A stretch of DNA of 57,424 bases from Cyanobacteriota bacterium. Lineage in GTDB: Bacteria > Cyanobacteriota > Sericytochromatia > UBA7694 > JACMQJ01. The position numbers were made by a program, and so were the translations under genes. The notes beneath the pieces were generated by a model. It ran no database searches. It saw only the letters and a list, made by a program, of their open reading frames with translations, and had not been told where the DNA came from. The DNA lies in NCBI GenBank assembly GCA_038060635.1, contig JBBTGK010000308.1, positions 1 through 57,424 on the forward strand, in the 5' to 3' direction. Shown in pieces: positions 28,409 to 37,984 of the stretch. The number at the start of each line of letters is the position of its first letter. The stretch's first letter is position 1.

Positions 28409-28491
28409 TAAAAATAACCATAAAAATATAACAATTTCATTATATAAGTAACTAAAATACTCAACAATAAAAATTAACTAAAATCTATAAA

Positions 28492-29310
28492 TTAAATTCT
28501 ATTATTAAAAGATAATTTAATATTAAAATTAGAAACATCAATCATTACTGCTTTTAAGTCTATTCCATAAAAATTACTAAAATGAACTCCATAATTTAAA
28601 TATTTTGTATCATATTCAAATATTCCAGAGAAATAATTTAGAAGCTTTGGTGTTTCAATTGAAGCAAAAATACCATTTAGTCTAAAAGAATTTGCAAAAA
28701 CTAACTCTGCATCTTGATTATTAGTTTTACCAAAACTTATTGGTTTTGATGGGCTATAGGCATACCCTAAATTTAATTCAAAATCATATATTTTTTTACC
28801 TAAAACTCCATAAAAGCTCTGTTGATAAGATGTAAGTAAAGGACCTCTATAATTTACAACTGAATTTGAAAAAAGATCTCTTCCTCCTAAAGCCATAGCT
28901 GGAATAAAATTAGATTCATCAAGAATTTGTATTTTTGCAAAAGCACTTCTATCAAAAGAAGAATTTTTTAAATATGGATTATCAGAATCTTGATTTCCTG
29001 TAAACATTTGATTATAACTAAGACCTACTTCTACTCTTGGAATAAGGTTGATAGAAAAAGAATAAATAAGATTAGGAATACCTGTTCTTAAATATGATCT
29101 TTCTCCTTTCATATAACTAAGTCCTATATCAAATTGTCTATCTTTCATTTCTGCTGTTGGTGAACTTATAGCACCACTATCACCATAAAAAGTATTTCCT
29201 GATGCATAAGAAGTTAAGTTATAATTAACAAAAAAAAGAAAAAGAAATAAAACTAATACCTTTTTTAAAAACATATTCATTAAAAAACCTAGTAAAAAAT
29301 TAACATACAA
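28492..29310 (-). CDS. YjbH/GfcD-like exopolysaccharide-associated outer-membrane protein (short form)
   Basis: A signal peptide is present. 'YGDSGAISSPTAEMKDRQFDIGLSY', 'IYSFSINLIPRVEVGLSY' and 'FAKIQILDESNFIPAMALGGRDLF' are collinear with E. coli YjbH segments ('FGGVGLLQTPTARM...', '[22 protein letters not shown]'), as I recall them. The start may be the internal MNMFLKK (29280). Confidence 0.65.
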   Translation of the reverse strand: MYVNFLLGFLMNMFLKKVLVLFLFLFFVNYNLTSYASGNTFYGDSGAISSPTAEMKDRQFDIGLSYMKGERSYLRTGIPNLIYSFSINLIPRVEVGLSYNQMFTGNQDSDNPYLKNSSFDRSAFAKIQILDESNFIPAMALGGRDLFSNSVVNYRGPLLTSYQQSFYGVLGKKIYDFELNLGYAYSPSKPISFGKTNNQDAELVFANSFRLNGIFASIETPKLLNYFSGIFEYDTKYLNYGVHFSNFYGIDLKAVMIDVSNFNIKLSFNNRI

Positions 29311-29484
29311 TCAAATATAATGATTTTAACAAAAATAATTATAACAAAAATAATCAGAAATTTTGTGTTATTTTACATTCAAAATATTTTTAGAGAATAA
29401 GTTAATTTTAAAAAATAAATTCTTCTATTAAAAAAAAATAGCGTTACAATTAATAAATATTAAAAAATTGAAAAACCTTACATA

Positions 29485-31818
29485 ATGAAAAACATTGAAA
29501 TAAAAGGTAAAAAAGTTCTTATAAATGGAAGCGAAGGAATTCTTTATGGTGGAGAATTTCAATATTTTAGAATACCTTTCTCTACATGGGAAACAGCAAT
29601 AAAAAACTTAGCTGAAGCTAATTTAAATTTTATTAGTTTTTATATCCCTTGGATTTGGCATGAATATGAAGAAGGTGTTTTTGATTTTGAAGGAAAAACA
29701 TTACCAGAAAGAAATTTAAAAGCTCTTTTTGAAATTATAGAAAAACATAAAATCAATGTAATGGTGCGACCTGGGCCATATGTTTATGCAGAGTATCAAG
29801 GATTTGGAGTTCCTGAATGGATAAGAGAAAAATATCCAGAAATTTTAGTTCTTTATGAAGATGGAACTAAATCTCATGAGGTTTCTGTAAGAACTGATAT
29901 TTTTTTAGAATATGTAGAAAAATGGTACAAAAAAGTATTTGAGTTTTTACTCCCATTTTTTGAATCTAATATGATTTTTGGATGCCAAATAGATAATGAA
30001 TCTGGTTTGCCTCAATTTGGAAATGCTCCTTTTATGTCTGACATGAACCCTGATACAATCAATAAATTCAGATCTTATTTAAAAGAAAGATTTTCAGAAA
30101 TAAAAGATTATAATGATTTTTGTAAAAGCAATATTAAAGATTTTTCAAATGTATTACCGCCAATAAAATTAAAAGCAACTACTTTAGAATTTAGAGTTTA
30201 TGCAGAATTTATTGAGCAATATTTATATGATTATTTAGTTATTTTAAAAGGATTTATAGATAAAATAGGAATTAAAACTTTTTTTTATTTGAATGATCCA
30301 TATCTTTGCCAGTGGCCACATAATAGTATAAAAAAATCAGCTATTGCCCCTGTTGGATATGATGTTTATCCAAAATTTACCACTTCTCCAAATACTCATG
30401 ATTTACCTTTTGTAATTTCATATATTTCAGAATATTTTACTTCTATAATGAAAAACGGACCAACTATTGGTGCAGAAGTTGGAACTGGTTGGTTTGATCC
30501 TAGAGTAAATGTTGCACCAGAGGCTACTTTACAGTTATCAATGAATATTATTGCCAGAAATACAAATATACTCTCATATTACATATTACAAGACTGTACA
30601 GAAACAGACGGAACACATTGGATTTTTAAAGCACCTTTAGATATAAATGGAAATACAACTCCAAGATATGAGTATGTAAAAAAAATTGGAGATTTTATTC
30701 ATAAAAACTCAAATATAATATCAAAATCATCTGAACTGTATAGTTCTGTAGCAATTGCTGTTTATACTTTCCCAAGCCTTGATATGGTAAAAGCAAATAT
30801 TAATTTTAGAAATGTAGTAGAAGAATCAAATAAAGCAATGTTACGTTTTAATGGAGCCTCATCAATGATGGGAGTATTAGTTGAATCTGCTTATAATCCG
30901 AAAGTAATAAACCTTGATAGTTCAAGCCTTGAAGAACTAAAAAAACTTAAAGTTATTATTGTTTTTTCATTAGGATATTTTGATAAAGAAACATATAAAA
31001 AGTTAAAAGATTTTGTTTATTCAGGTGGTAGCTTAATAACAATTGGTTATCCTGTAAAAGAATATGAAGATGGAAGTATTATCGAAAATAATGTTTTATA
31101 TCCAGCAGAACAACATCTTAAAGATAATATGTATGAATTTGGTAATGCTTCTGTTGTATCTTCAATAACTTATGATATGGCAAATTATCAACTCTATAGA
31201 AAACAAATAAAACATAAACATTCGCTCAATACGATTGATATGATCCAGCCTATGGCAGAATCGGCTCGTTATATAACAAAATATGGAACATGGTTAAATG
31301 ATGAAAAAGGTAAAAAAGTTTGGGCAAGTAGATTTGTTACTACATGGAAAACTCGACATGGAGTTTATCCTTTATTAAGATATAACAAAGATTCAGTAGC
31401 TAGTTATTATGTACGTTATGGACATGGTAAAAGTATTTTTATTGGAACAATGCTTGGTATTTTTTATGATTCACCTTGTTATTATACAGAAGATATAAGT
31501 AAACGAAACTCTATTATCGATTTTATGACTTCTATTCTTAAAGAATCTGGAGTAAAACCACTTTATGATAAAATTCAAGATATTGAAGTTATTTTTAGAG
31601 AAGAAAAAAATGTTCTTTTAACTTTTATAATAAATAGAGGAAATAAAAAAGAAATAAAATTAGATCATGAGTTTCACCTTTATGACACATTTGAAACACT
31701 ATTTTTTGCAAAAGAATCAATTTTTGATAAAGAATATTTTGAAAAAAATAATATCCTAAAAGGTACAATAGATAAAGATGATGTTTGTGTGCTTAGTTTT
31801 TATTCTTTTAGATTATAA
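29485..31818 (+). CDS. Glycoside hydrolase family 35 beta-galactosidase (cytoplasmic)
   Basis: 'GGEFQYFRIP...NFISFYIPWIWHEYEEGVFDFEG', 'RPGPYVYAEYQGFGVPEW', 'QIDNESG' (acid/base Glu) and 'AEVGTGWFD' (nucleophile Glu, compare human GLB1 'SEFYTGWLD'). There is no signal peptide. Confidence 0.85.
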   Translation: MKNIEIKGKKVLINGSEGILYGGEFQYFRIPFSTWETAIKNLAEANLNFISFYIPWIWHEYEEGVFDFEGKTLPERNLKALFEIIEKHKINVMVRPGPYVYAEYQGFGVPEWIREKYPEILVLYEDGTKSHEVSVRTDIFLEYVEKWYKKVFEFLLPFFESNMIFGCQIDNESGLPQFGNAPFMSDMNPDTINKFRSYLKERFSEIKDYNDFCKSNIKDFSNVLPPIKLKATTLEFRVYAEFIEQYLYDYLVILKGFIDKIGIKTFFYLNDPYLCQWPHNSIKKSAIAPVGYDVYPKFTTSPNTHDLPFVISYISEYFTSIMKNGPTIGAEVGTGWFDPRVNVAPEATLQLSMNIIARNTNILSYYILQDCTETDGTHWIFKAPLDINGNTTPRYEYVKKIGDFIHKNSNIISKSSELYSSVAIAVYTFPSLDMVKANINFRNVVEESNKAMLRFNGASSMMGVLVESAYNPKVINLDSSSLEELKKLKVIIVFSLGYFDKETYKKLKDFVYSGGSLITIGYPVKEYEDGSIIENNVLYPAEQHLKDNMYEFGNASVVSSITYDMANYQLYRKQIKHKHSLNTIDMIQPMAESARYITKYGTWLNDEKGKKVWASRFVTTWKTRHGVYPLLRYNKDSVASYYVRYGHGKSIFIGTMLGIFYDSPCYYTEDISKRNSIIDFMTSILKESGVKPLYDKIQDIEVIFREEKNVLLTFIINRGNKKEIKLDHEFHLYDTFETLFFAKESIFDKEYFEKNNILKGTIDKDDVCVLSFYSFRL

Positions 31819-31827
31819 TATAAAAAA

Positions 31828-32874
31828 ATGACTAATTTTATAACAGTAAATATAATTCCTACAGGTGTAGGTGCTAATATAGGTGGGTTTGCAGGAGATT
31901 CAAACCCTCTAAACTCATTATTAGAAGAAATTTCAGATATCGTAATAACTCATCCAAATACAGTTAATTCAGCTAGTTTGTATTGTGCTACAAAAAAAAC
32001 TTTTTATGTTGAAGGCTTTGCACTAGAAAAATTTATAAAAGGTGATTGGGGATTAAAAAGAAAAGGTAGCAACAAAATAGGGATAATAATAGATAAAAAA
32101 ACTGAAAATAATCTTGTTCATATAATTAATGCTATAAATGCTTGTTCTAGTGTTTTTGGTTCTGAAATTATTGGATATACAATTACTGATGAAGAAATTG
32201 GTGCAAAAGTTATAAAAGATAAAGATGGATTATTTGATGGAGAAATAAAAAATGAAGCCACTATTTTTAGATCTGTTGATAAAATAATAGAAAAAGGAGC
32301 TGAAGCAATTGCTATTTTTGCTTTTTTAGAAAATAATTATCAACAAGATGATGAAAGCTATATAAATGGAAATGGAGCTGATCCAATTGGAAGACTTGAA
32401 GCAAAAATATCTCATCTAATTGTAGAAAAAACTATGTTACCATCTGCTCATGCACCAATAATAGAAAATTATGAAAGAAAAATAGCTGATCCACGAGTAG
32501 CATCAGAAGAAATTGGATTTACTTATATTCCTTGTGTTTTAAGAGGTTTACAATTTGCTCCCCAATTTTTTGATCTTTCTAAAAATAATCTTGAATCTAA
32601 TATAATTACAAACAAAGATATCAACTGTATTTTAGCTCCATATTCTTGTCTTAAACATGAATGGGTTAACGATTGTATAAAACAAAATATTCCTATTATT
32701 GCAATAAAAGAAAATTCAACTGTTTTAAATAATACTCCAGAAACATTAAATATTTCTAATAAAATAATAATTGCTGAAAATTATTTAGAAGCTATTGGTA
32801 TAATAATATCTATGAAGGCGGGTATAAATTATAAATCTGTGAGAAGACCTTTTTATATGGTTGAAAAAATATAA
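31828..32874 (+). CDS. DUF3326-like protein of unknown function
   Basis: The N-terminal 'IPTGVGANIGGFAGDSNP' matches my recollection of the DUF3326 (cyanobacteria/plastid) signature. It starts 9 bp after GH35, and its stop abuts the next ATG (TAAATG). Confidence 0.5.
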   Translation: MTNFITVNIIPTGVGANIGGFAGDSNPLNSLLEEISDIVITHPNTVNSASLYCATKKTFYVEGFALEKFIKGDWGLKRKGSNKIGIIIDKKTENNLVHIINAINACSSVFGSEIIGYTITDEEIGAKVIKDKDGLFDGEIKNEATIFRSVDKIIEKGAEAIAIFAFLENNYQQDDESYINGNGADPIGRLEAKISHLIVEKTMLPSAHAPIIENYERKIADPRVASEEIGFTYIPCVLRGLQFAPQFFDLSKNNLESNIITNKDINCILAPYSCLKHEWVNDCIKQNIPIIAIKENSTVLNNTPETLNISNKIIIAENYLEAIGIIISMKAGINYKSVRRPFYMVEKI

Positions 32875-34206
32875 ATGTATATTATAAAAATAAATAATTC
32901 TAAAAATTCGCTTAATAGAAAAAATGACTTAAGAAGTCTTTTTATAAAAATGAATGATAGAGTAGAAGCTTTGTTTTTTGGAAATGATCCTGTTTTTTTG
33001 ACTTGTACAGCAAAATTACCATTTAATTATGTTTTAAAAAAAGTAAAAGATTTAGATTTAGATTTAGAGATTGTTGAAAAAATATCATCTGAATTTAGTA
33101 TTTTGACATCTTTTCTATTAACTTATTCAGACAATGATAAAATATATGATTTAATTTATTTATGGGGAAGAAATCATTGCGAAGAACTAAACTTAGAAGT
33201 TCAAGCAATTACAGAAGTTAGTAGAAAAGATATTATTAATAATGCTAATATTTGTAGGCATTGTCATACAGAAACACCAACTAATATAAATTTTTGCATT
33301 TTTTGCGGGAATGATAATAATAGAAGTATTAATACTACTAAAGAAAAATTTCAAATAAAAATTAATAAAATTATAGATGTGAATATAAGAATAAAAATAG
33401 CAAAATATTTTACTGAAAATTCAGAAATAAAAGATTATAAAAAAATGTTAGATTGTTTCAGTCATTTACCACATACTTTTGAGATAAAAGCATCTATTGA
33501 TGAGTTAAACAAAGTAATAGAAGTTTTAAATGAATACTCAATAGAATTTAATTATAATGCTTCAAGAAACGTGGATATAATATCTAAAATTTTTCAAAGT
33601 AAAGCCGAATTAGGTAATTTTGAAATAAAAAATGAATATTTTGATCATATTTTATCAAAAAATATTGCAGAAACATTAAAATCATCATCTTCACCTGTAT
33701 TAAGAAAAGCTTTGACTAAATGTATTTTTGAAGTTTATAGAATGGTTGATTTTATAAAAACCACTGAAACTTCTGTAAAAGTTCTTTTAGAACCAACAAA
33801 GAAAGATACCGAAGAAATAATTCTAAAATTTCTTAATTTTATGAAACGTGCTAATAAATTAAATACTTATTTTGAAGAAAAAAGCTTAGAATCGATAAAT
33901 AAAGAAATTCTTTTTATAAAAGATAAAGTTGAAAGATCAAATCAAGAAACTGCGATTGAAATGTATCGACAATCTTTAGAACTTAAAGAAAAAGAAATAG
34001 AAGAATATATGAAATTAAATAAATCTCTTGAAATCATCTACTCTCAAGTTATTTCGGTTACAACTCTCTTAAGTTCAATGAGAACAAAAATTGCTGTTAT
34101 TGATACATATGATATTCAAAATAATAAAGGTGATTTTGCTGAAATAAATAAAATGAAAGAAAATATTCTTCTTAATCTTAAAACGGTAGAAAATACCTTA
34201 TATTAG
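32875..34206 (+). CDS. Zinc-ribbon plus coiled-coil protein of unknown function
   Basis: 'CRHCHTETPTNINFCIFCG' is a CxxC-x10-CxxC ribbon. The C-terminal third is heptad-rich (..KEILFIKDKVERSNQETAIEMYRQSLELKEKEIEEYMKL..). Confidence 0.6.
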   Translation: MYIIKINNSKNSLNRKNDLRSLFIKMNDRVEALFFGNDPVFLTCTAKLPFNYVLKKVKDLDLDLEIVEKISSEFSILTSFLLTYSDNDKIYDLIYLWGRNHCEELNLEVQAITEVSRKDIINNANICRHCHTETPTNINFCIFCGNDNNRSINTTKEKFQIKINKIIDVNIRIKIAKYFTENSEIKDYKKMLDCFSHLPHTFEIKASIDELNKVIEVLNEYSIEFNYNASRNVDIISKIFQSKAELGNFEIKNEYFDHILSKNIAETLKSSSSPVLRKALTKCIFEVYRMVDFIKTTETSVKVLLEPTKKDTEEIILKFLNFMKRANKLNTYFEEKSLESINKEILFIKDKVERSNQETAIEMYRQSLELKEKEIEEYMKLNKSLEIIYSQVISVTTLLSSMRTKIAVIDTYDIQNNKGDFAEINKMKENILLNLKTVENTLY

Positions 34207-34281
34207 TGTAATATTCTGTAAGGGTCTGTCTAAAAATGTATTTTTTAAAAATTACAAGATTAAAAGCCAATATTTCTGTAG

Positions 34282-34302
34282 GGAACGTTTTAAAAACGTT
34301 CC
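34282..34302. terminator. Perfect palindrome between convergent genes (possible bidirectional terminator or operator)
   Basis: GGAACGTTTT-A-AAAACGTTCC with 10-bp arms. No flanking U-run is present on either strand, so it is not a canonical intrinsic terminator. Confidence 0.35.
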
Positions 34303-34323
34303 TAAACAAACACATTGGATAAT

Positions 34324-35421
34324 TTATAATATTAAAAAAAGAAAAAAGAATAAAAAAATTATATTTGGGGCAAAAGCACAAAAAATAGGGCTAAAAATAT
34401 CTAAACTTCCCATTGCAGTAAAAGCAAACATTAACAAGTAATAAGAAAAAATTAAAAGTAAACTAGTTGTAAATGCAAAAGAAGAGTTTTTATTTTTATT
34501 AGAAATAGATATAGGTACAGAAATTATAAAAAATATGAAAGTCATAAAAGAAATAGTTATTTTTTGATAAAGCTGAGTTTCAATAAAACCAGTTTTTTGA
34601 CCCGCTTTTTTTAATTTTTCTATATGATTTTTTAGTTCAAAAAAATTCATCTCTTTGGGTTCTTTTATTTCTCTTGCAATAGAATTAAGTTCATTAAAAA
34701 AAGGTAATGAATAATCTGAAAAATTAACAACTGATGAGTATTTTTTATCATTAATATTATATATAGTTCCAGTATAAAAAAACCATAAATTATTTTTAAA
34801 TTCCGCTTTATCAGCACTTATAATATTTGATATATTACCCAAGTTATCAAATTCTTGAACCAAAGGCTTTAACATTGTGTTTCCATTGAAATTTTTTGCA
34901 TAAAAAATTCTTTTTAAAATACCTTTTTCAAATTCTTGATAAAAAATATTATTTTTTGATATTGGTATATTATTTTTATATTGAGCATAAAACATTTTTT
35001 TTGAAAAATTATTATTTGATTTACTTACAATAAAATTATTAAATATAATAGAAAAAATAGTTAATAAAGAAACGAACAGAAATAATCCTAAAAATAATCT
35101 TATTGTACTTCTACCTGAATTATAAAAAGCTATTAACTCGTTATCTCTAAAAAAACGGCCGATGCTTAAAATAGAAGCTAATAAAACAGACATTGGGATA
35201 CTATAAAAAATCATTTCAGGTAAGCTATAAATAAATAGCTCTAAAAAAAGGTAAAAACTAATTCCATATTTTACAGCCAAATCAACCAAACCAAAAAAAA
35301 CAAAAACAAAGGTATTTATTGACATAAAAAGAGTTATTGAGAAAAAAAAGTAACTAATAAACTCAATAAATATGTATCTATCAATTAGATCTGGTAATAA
35401 TGACTTAATTCCATTATCCAT
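34324..35421 (-). CDS. LptF/LptG-family (YjgP/YjgQ) LPS export permease
   Basis: 365 aa. Three N-terminal TMs, a soluble insert of about 130 aa ('..NLWFFYTGTIYNI..'), then three C-terminal TMs. N-terminal 'LIDRYIFIEFISYFF' is typical of the family. Its start overlaps the upstream stop (ATGGATAA). Confidence 0.8.
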   Translation of the reverse strand: MDNGIKSLLPDLIDRYIFIEFISYFFFSITLFMSINTFVFVFFGLVDLAVKYGISFYLFLELFIYSLPEMIFYSIPMSVLLASILSIGRFFRDNELIAFYNSGRSTIRLFLGLFLFVSLLTIFSIIFNNFIVSKSNNNFSKKMFYAQYKNNIPISKNNIFYQEFEKGILKRIFYAKNFNGNTMLKPLVQEFDNLGNISNIISADKAEFKNNLWFFYTGTIYNINDKKYSSVVNFSDYSLPFFNELNSIAREIKEPKEMNFFELKNHIEKLKKAGQKTGFIETQLYQKITISFMTFIFFIISVPISISNKNKNSSFAFTTSLLLIFSYYLLMFAFTAMGSLDIFSPIFCAFAPNIIFLFFFLFLIL

Positions 35422-36778
35422 TTTCTATTATTTTTAAATATTGATTAGATTCTTTTTCCAAAGAAAAGTCAAGTCCAATTGCTTTTACAATTCTTTCATT
35501 CCATTTTTCAAGGTAATAATATCTATTTATTGTGTATTTTATGGTATTTATTAGGTTTATTCTTGTAAAATCAAAAATTTTAAAATGAATATTCTCTGTT
35601 TCTAATTCGGAGCTTTCTCTAAAGGTGATCGGAATAACTCCATATCTTAGTGCTTTTTTTAAAATATTTTTATTACTAAAATCAAAAGAGATATCTAAAA
35701 TCATATCTGCACCAGAAAAAACTTTGTGAAATTCTTCATCAGATGGATCTAACGACACTGCACTACAATTTGAAGAAAAAGAATAGTTTTTTATTTTTTG
35801 CTCAAAATCAGAAAGATTATAAGATAAAATAATTATTTGTATTTCCATTATAACTAAATATTCAACTATCATATTTAAAAGTAATATCTCATATTTAGTT
35901 AAATTAAAGGCAGGAATGATTAATATAGGTATTTCTGTATGAGATTGAAAATTTAAATCATTTTGGAGTTTTAATTTACAATATACTTTATTTTCAATAG
36001 AGTTCTTTGAATAGTTTTTATAAATCATTTTATTATATTCTGGTGAATACTCTTTATCTATACTTTGAGGTATATATTCTATTTTTGATTCATTTTTTTT
36101 GATTATATCTTCAATAAATTTAGTACTACTATTTTTTATTTTAATCTCTTCAAAAAAATCATTAGATTTTATTATTATTTTATCTGAATAATCTATACCA
36201 CATTTTAGAAAATTAACTTTTCCATAAAATTCTAATTCTCCAGAATAGAAATATTTATAGCTTATATTTGCTGTTTTTAATATTTCAGGTTCAGAAATGC
36301 CTTGATGCTCAAAATTATGTATAGTTAATAAAAATCTATTTTTGTAGTTATTTATTTTTAAAATAACAGGTAAAATACCTAAATGCCAATCATTTAATAA
36401 TATTGAAGCTTTAAACTCTAATATTTTTATTAATTCAAAAACACATAAAGAAAAAAGAGTAAATCTTACTATATTTTCACTATCATAAATAAATTCTCTA
36501 TTATCAAAAAAATATTCATTTGAAATAAAATAAAAATCAATATTATCTTTTTTATAATGATAAAATTTGAATAATAAATTATGTATTTCTATTTCATGTA
36601 TTTTATTTGGTATTATCTCAATTTTATCAAATATTGTTTTATAGTAAGGAAAAACTACTGATATATCTAAAGAGTAATTTAATGAGTAAACTAAATTATA
36701 GATTTTTTTACCTAAATCACCAAAATTACTTAGAGATTTAAACTCTACACAAGGAACAAGAATTTTTTGTTTTTCCAT
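35414..36778 (-). CDS. Glycogen/starch-synthase (GT5) homologue with degenerate catalytic motifs
   Basis: It is collinear with GlgA: 'LLNDWHLGILP' (HDWH), 'TIHNFEHQG' (HNxxYQG) and 'VNFLKCGIDYSDKIII'. However, KTGGL is replaced by 'SNFGDLG', RFEPCG by 'SFDFSN', and the TGGL motif is absent ('FRESSELE'). Confidence 0.7.
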   Translation of the reverse strand: MEKQKILVPCVEFKSLSNFGDLGKKIYNLVYSLNYSLDISVVFPYYKTIFDKIEIIPNKIHEIEIHNLLFKFYHYKKDNIDFYFISNEYFFDNREFIYDSENIVRFTLFSLCVFELIKILEFKASILLNDWHLGILPVILKINNYKNRFLLTIHNFEHQGISEPEILKTANISYKYFYSGELEFYGKVNFLKCGIDYSDKIIIKSNDFFEEIKIKNSSTKFIEDIIKKNESKIEYIPQSIDKEYSPEYNKMIYKNYSKNSIENKVYCKLKLQNDLNFQSHTEIPILIIPAFNLTKYEILLLNMIVEYLVIMEIQIIILSYNLSDFEQKIKNYSFSSNCSAVSLDPSDEEFHKVFSGADMILDISFDFSNKNILKKALRYGVIPITFRESSELETENIHFKIFDFTRINLINTIKYTINRYYYLEKWNERIVKAIGLDFSLEKESNQYLKIIENG

Positions 36779-36924
36779 TATAGTTTATGAAATTTAATAA
36801 GTTTTAGATCTATATTATATACTCAAAAAAATTTGGGTGCAAAAAATAAATATAAGTTCGTACTCACAAGATTCTTATCTTTTTAATTTTTGCTCTTTAC
36901 TTTTCACTAAGTATATATTTAATT

Positions 36925-37530
36925 CTAAAACGAAACAAAATCAGAACGCTTTTTATTAAAAGGTTTTATGTCTGTTGTTGATGTAATTAACAAAGTGCCA
37001 TAAGGATTTGTAAATGCAAGATTTTCATTATATTTGAATTCAAGAATTGCACTAACATTTTTTTTAATTAAGTCTTTATTTTTTAAAGAACCAATTTCAT
37101 AACATGTTAGAATATCATTATAACTATAATTACGTTTTACAGAATATCCAGTTTTAGGATCTTTTTTAGTACTTAACTCATAATCAGTAAGATTAATATA
37201 TACTTTACCATCTTTAGACACAAAAATAGAGTTATTATCAACATCTATGGTACTATTTGGCATTTTTAATTTGATATAGAGGTATTTTTGTTTATCTGTA
37301 AAAAGCCCTCTGGTAGAAATAATATCAGAAAACATTTGTGTTTTTTCTTTACCATCTATTGTTATTGAATGATAATAGGTATCCAATTTATAAGTGTCTG
37401 AAAACAAACCATTTTTAGAAGATTGAATATTAGATATATTTTCAGAATCAGGAGGCAATAAGTTTTCTGTGTTACTATTTGAACAAGAGAATAATAAAGA
37501 TGTAAATAAAACAATAGAAACTTTTTTCAT
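36925..37530 (-). CDS. Lipoprotein of unknown function
   Basis: Signal peptide plus lipobox 'SLLFSCSNS'. 201 aa with no recognisable domain. Confidence 0.65.
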   Translation of the reverse strand: MKKVSIVLFTSLLFSCSNSNTENLLPPDSENISNIQSSKNGLFSDTYKLDTYYHSITIDGKEKTQMFSDIISTRGLFTDKQKYLYIKLKMPNSTIDVDNNSIFVSKDGKVYINLTDYELSTKKDPKTGYSVKRNYSYNDILTCYEIGSLKNKDLIKKNVSAILEFKYNENLAFTNPYGTLLITSTTDIKPFNKKRSDFVSF

Positions 37531-37699
37531 AAGAAAAACAACCTATAAATCTAAAAAATTAATAAATGATATTATATCATTTTTTTAATAAAATAAATCT
37601 AATTTATAGCTAAAAACTGTTTTAAATTTAAAAATCAAAAATATTTTAGGTAAAAAAGTAGAAAAAGATGATGACAAAGAAAAAATAAAAATCCCAAAA

Positions 37700-37966
37700 G
37701 TGGGAGAATTTAAGGTAATATTTAAAAAAGGTGCAAAATATAAAATACTAGATAATAATGCAAATGCCCGAAGCAGTAATGGAAGGTTTTTTAGGTTTAA
37801 AAAAATAATTGATTTACATCAAGAATATCTTAAAAAAAATTGTAAAAAAGAAATTTTAGAAGATGCAAAAGATTTGCTAGAATTGAGAAAAGTAAAAGAA
37901 TTAGAAAAAGATAATGAAAATATTCCTTTTAGCATTGTAAAAGAAAAATTTAATTTTAGGATTTAG
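37700..37966 (+). CDS. Small Lys-rich hypothetical protein (weak call)
   Basis: 88-aa ORF with a GTG start as the only start codon after the upstream in-frame TAG. There is no clear Shine-Dalgarno and no family assignment. Confidence 0.3.
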   Translation: MGEFKVIFKKGAKYKILDNNANARSSNGRFFRFKKIIDLHQEYLKKNCKKEILEDAKDLLELRKVKELEKDNENIPFSIVKEKFNFRI

Positions 37967-37984
37967 AATTAATTAACATCCATT

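Noticed and set aside
29327-29353. The tandem direct repeat TAACAAAAATAAT x2 in the divergent OMP/GH35 promoter region
   Set aside because: It is a low-complexity A/T sequence in an extremely AT-rich spacer. Chance recurrence is plausible, and no partner regulator is evident.
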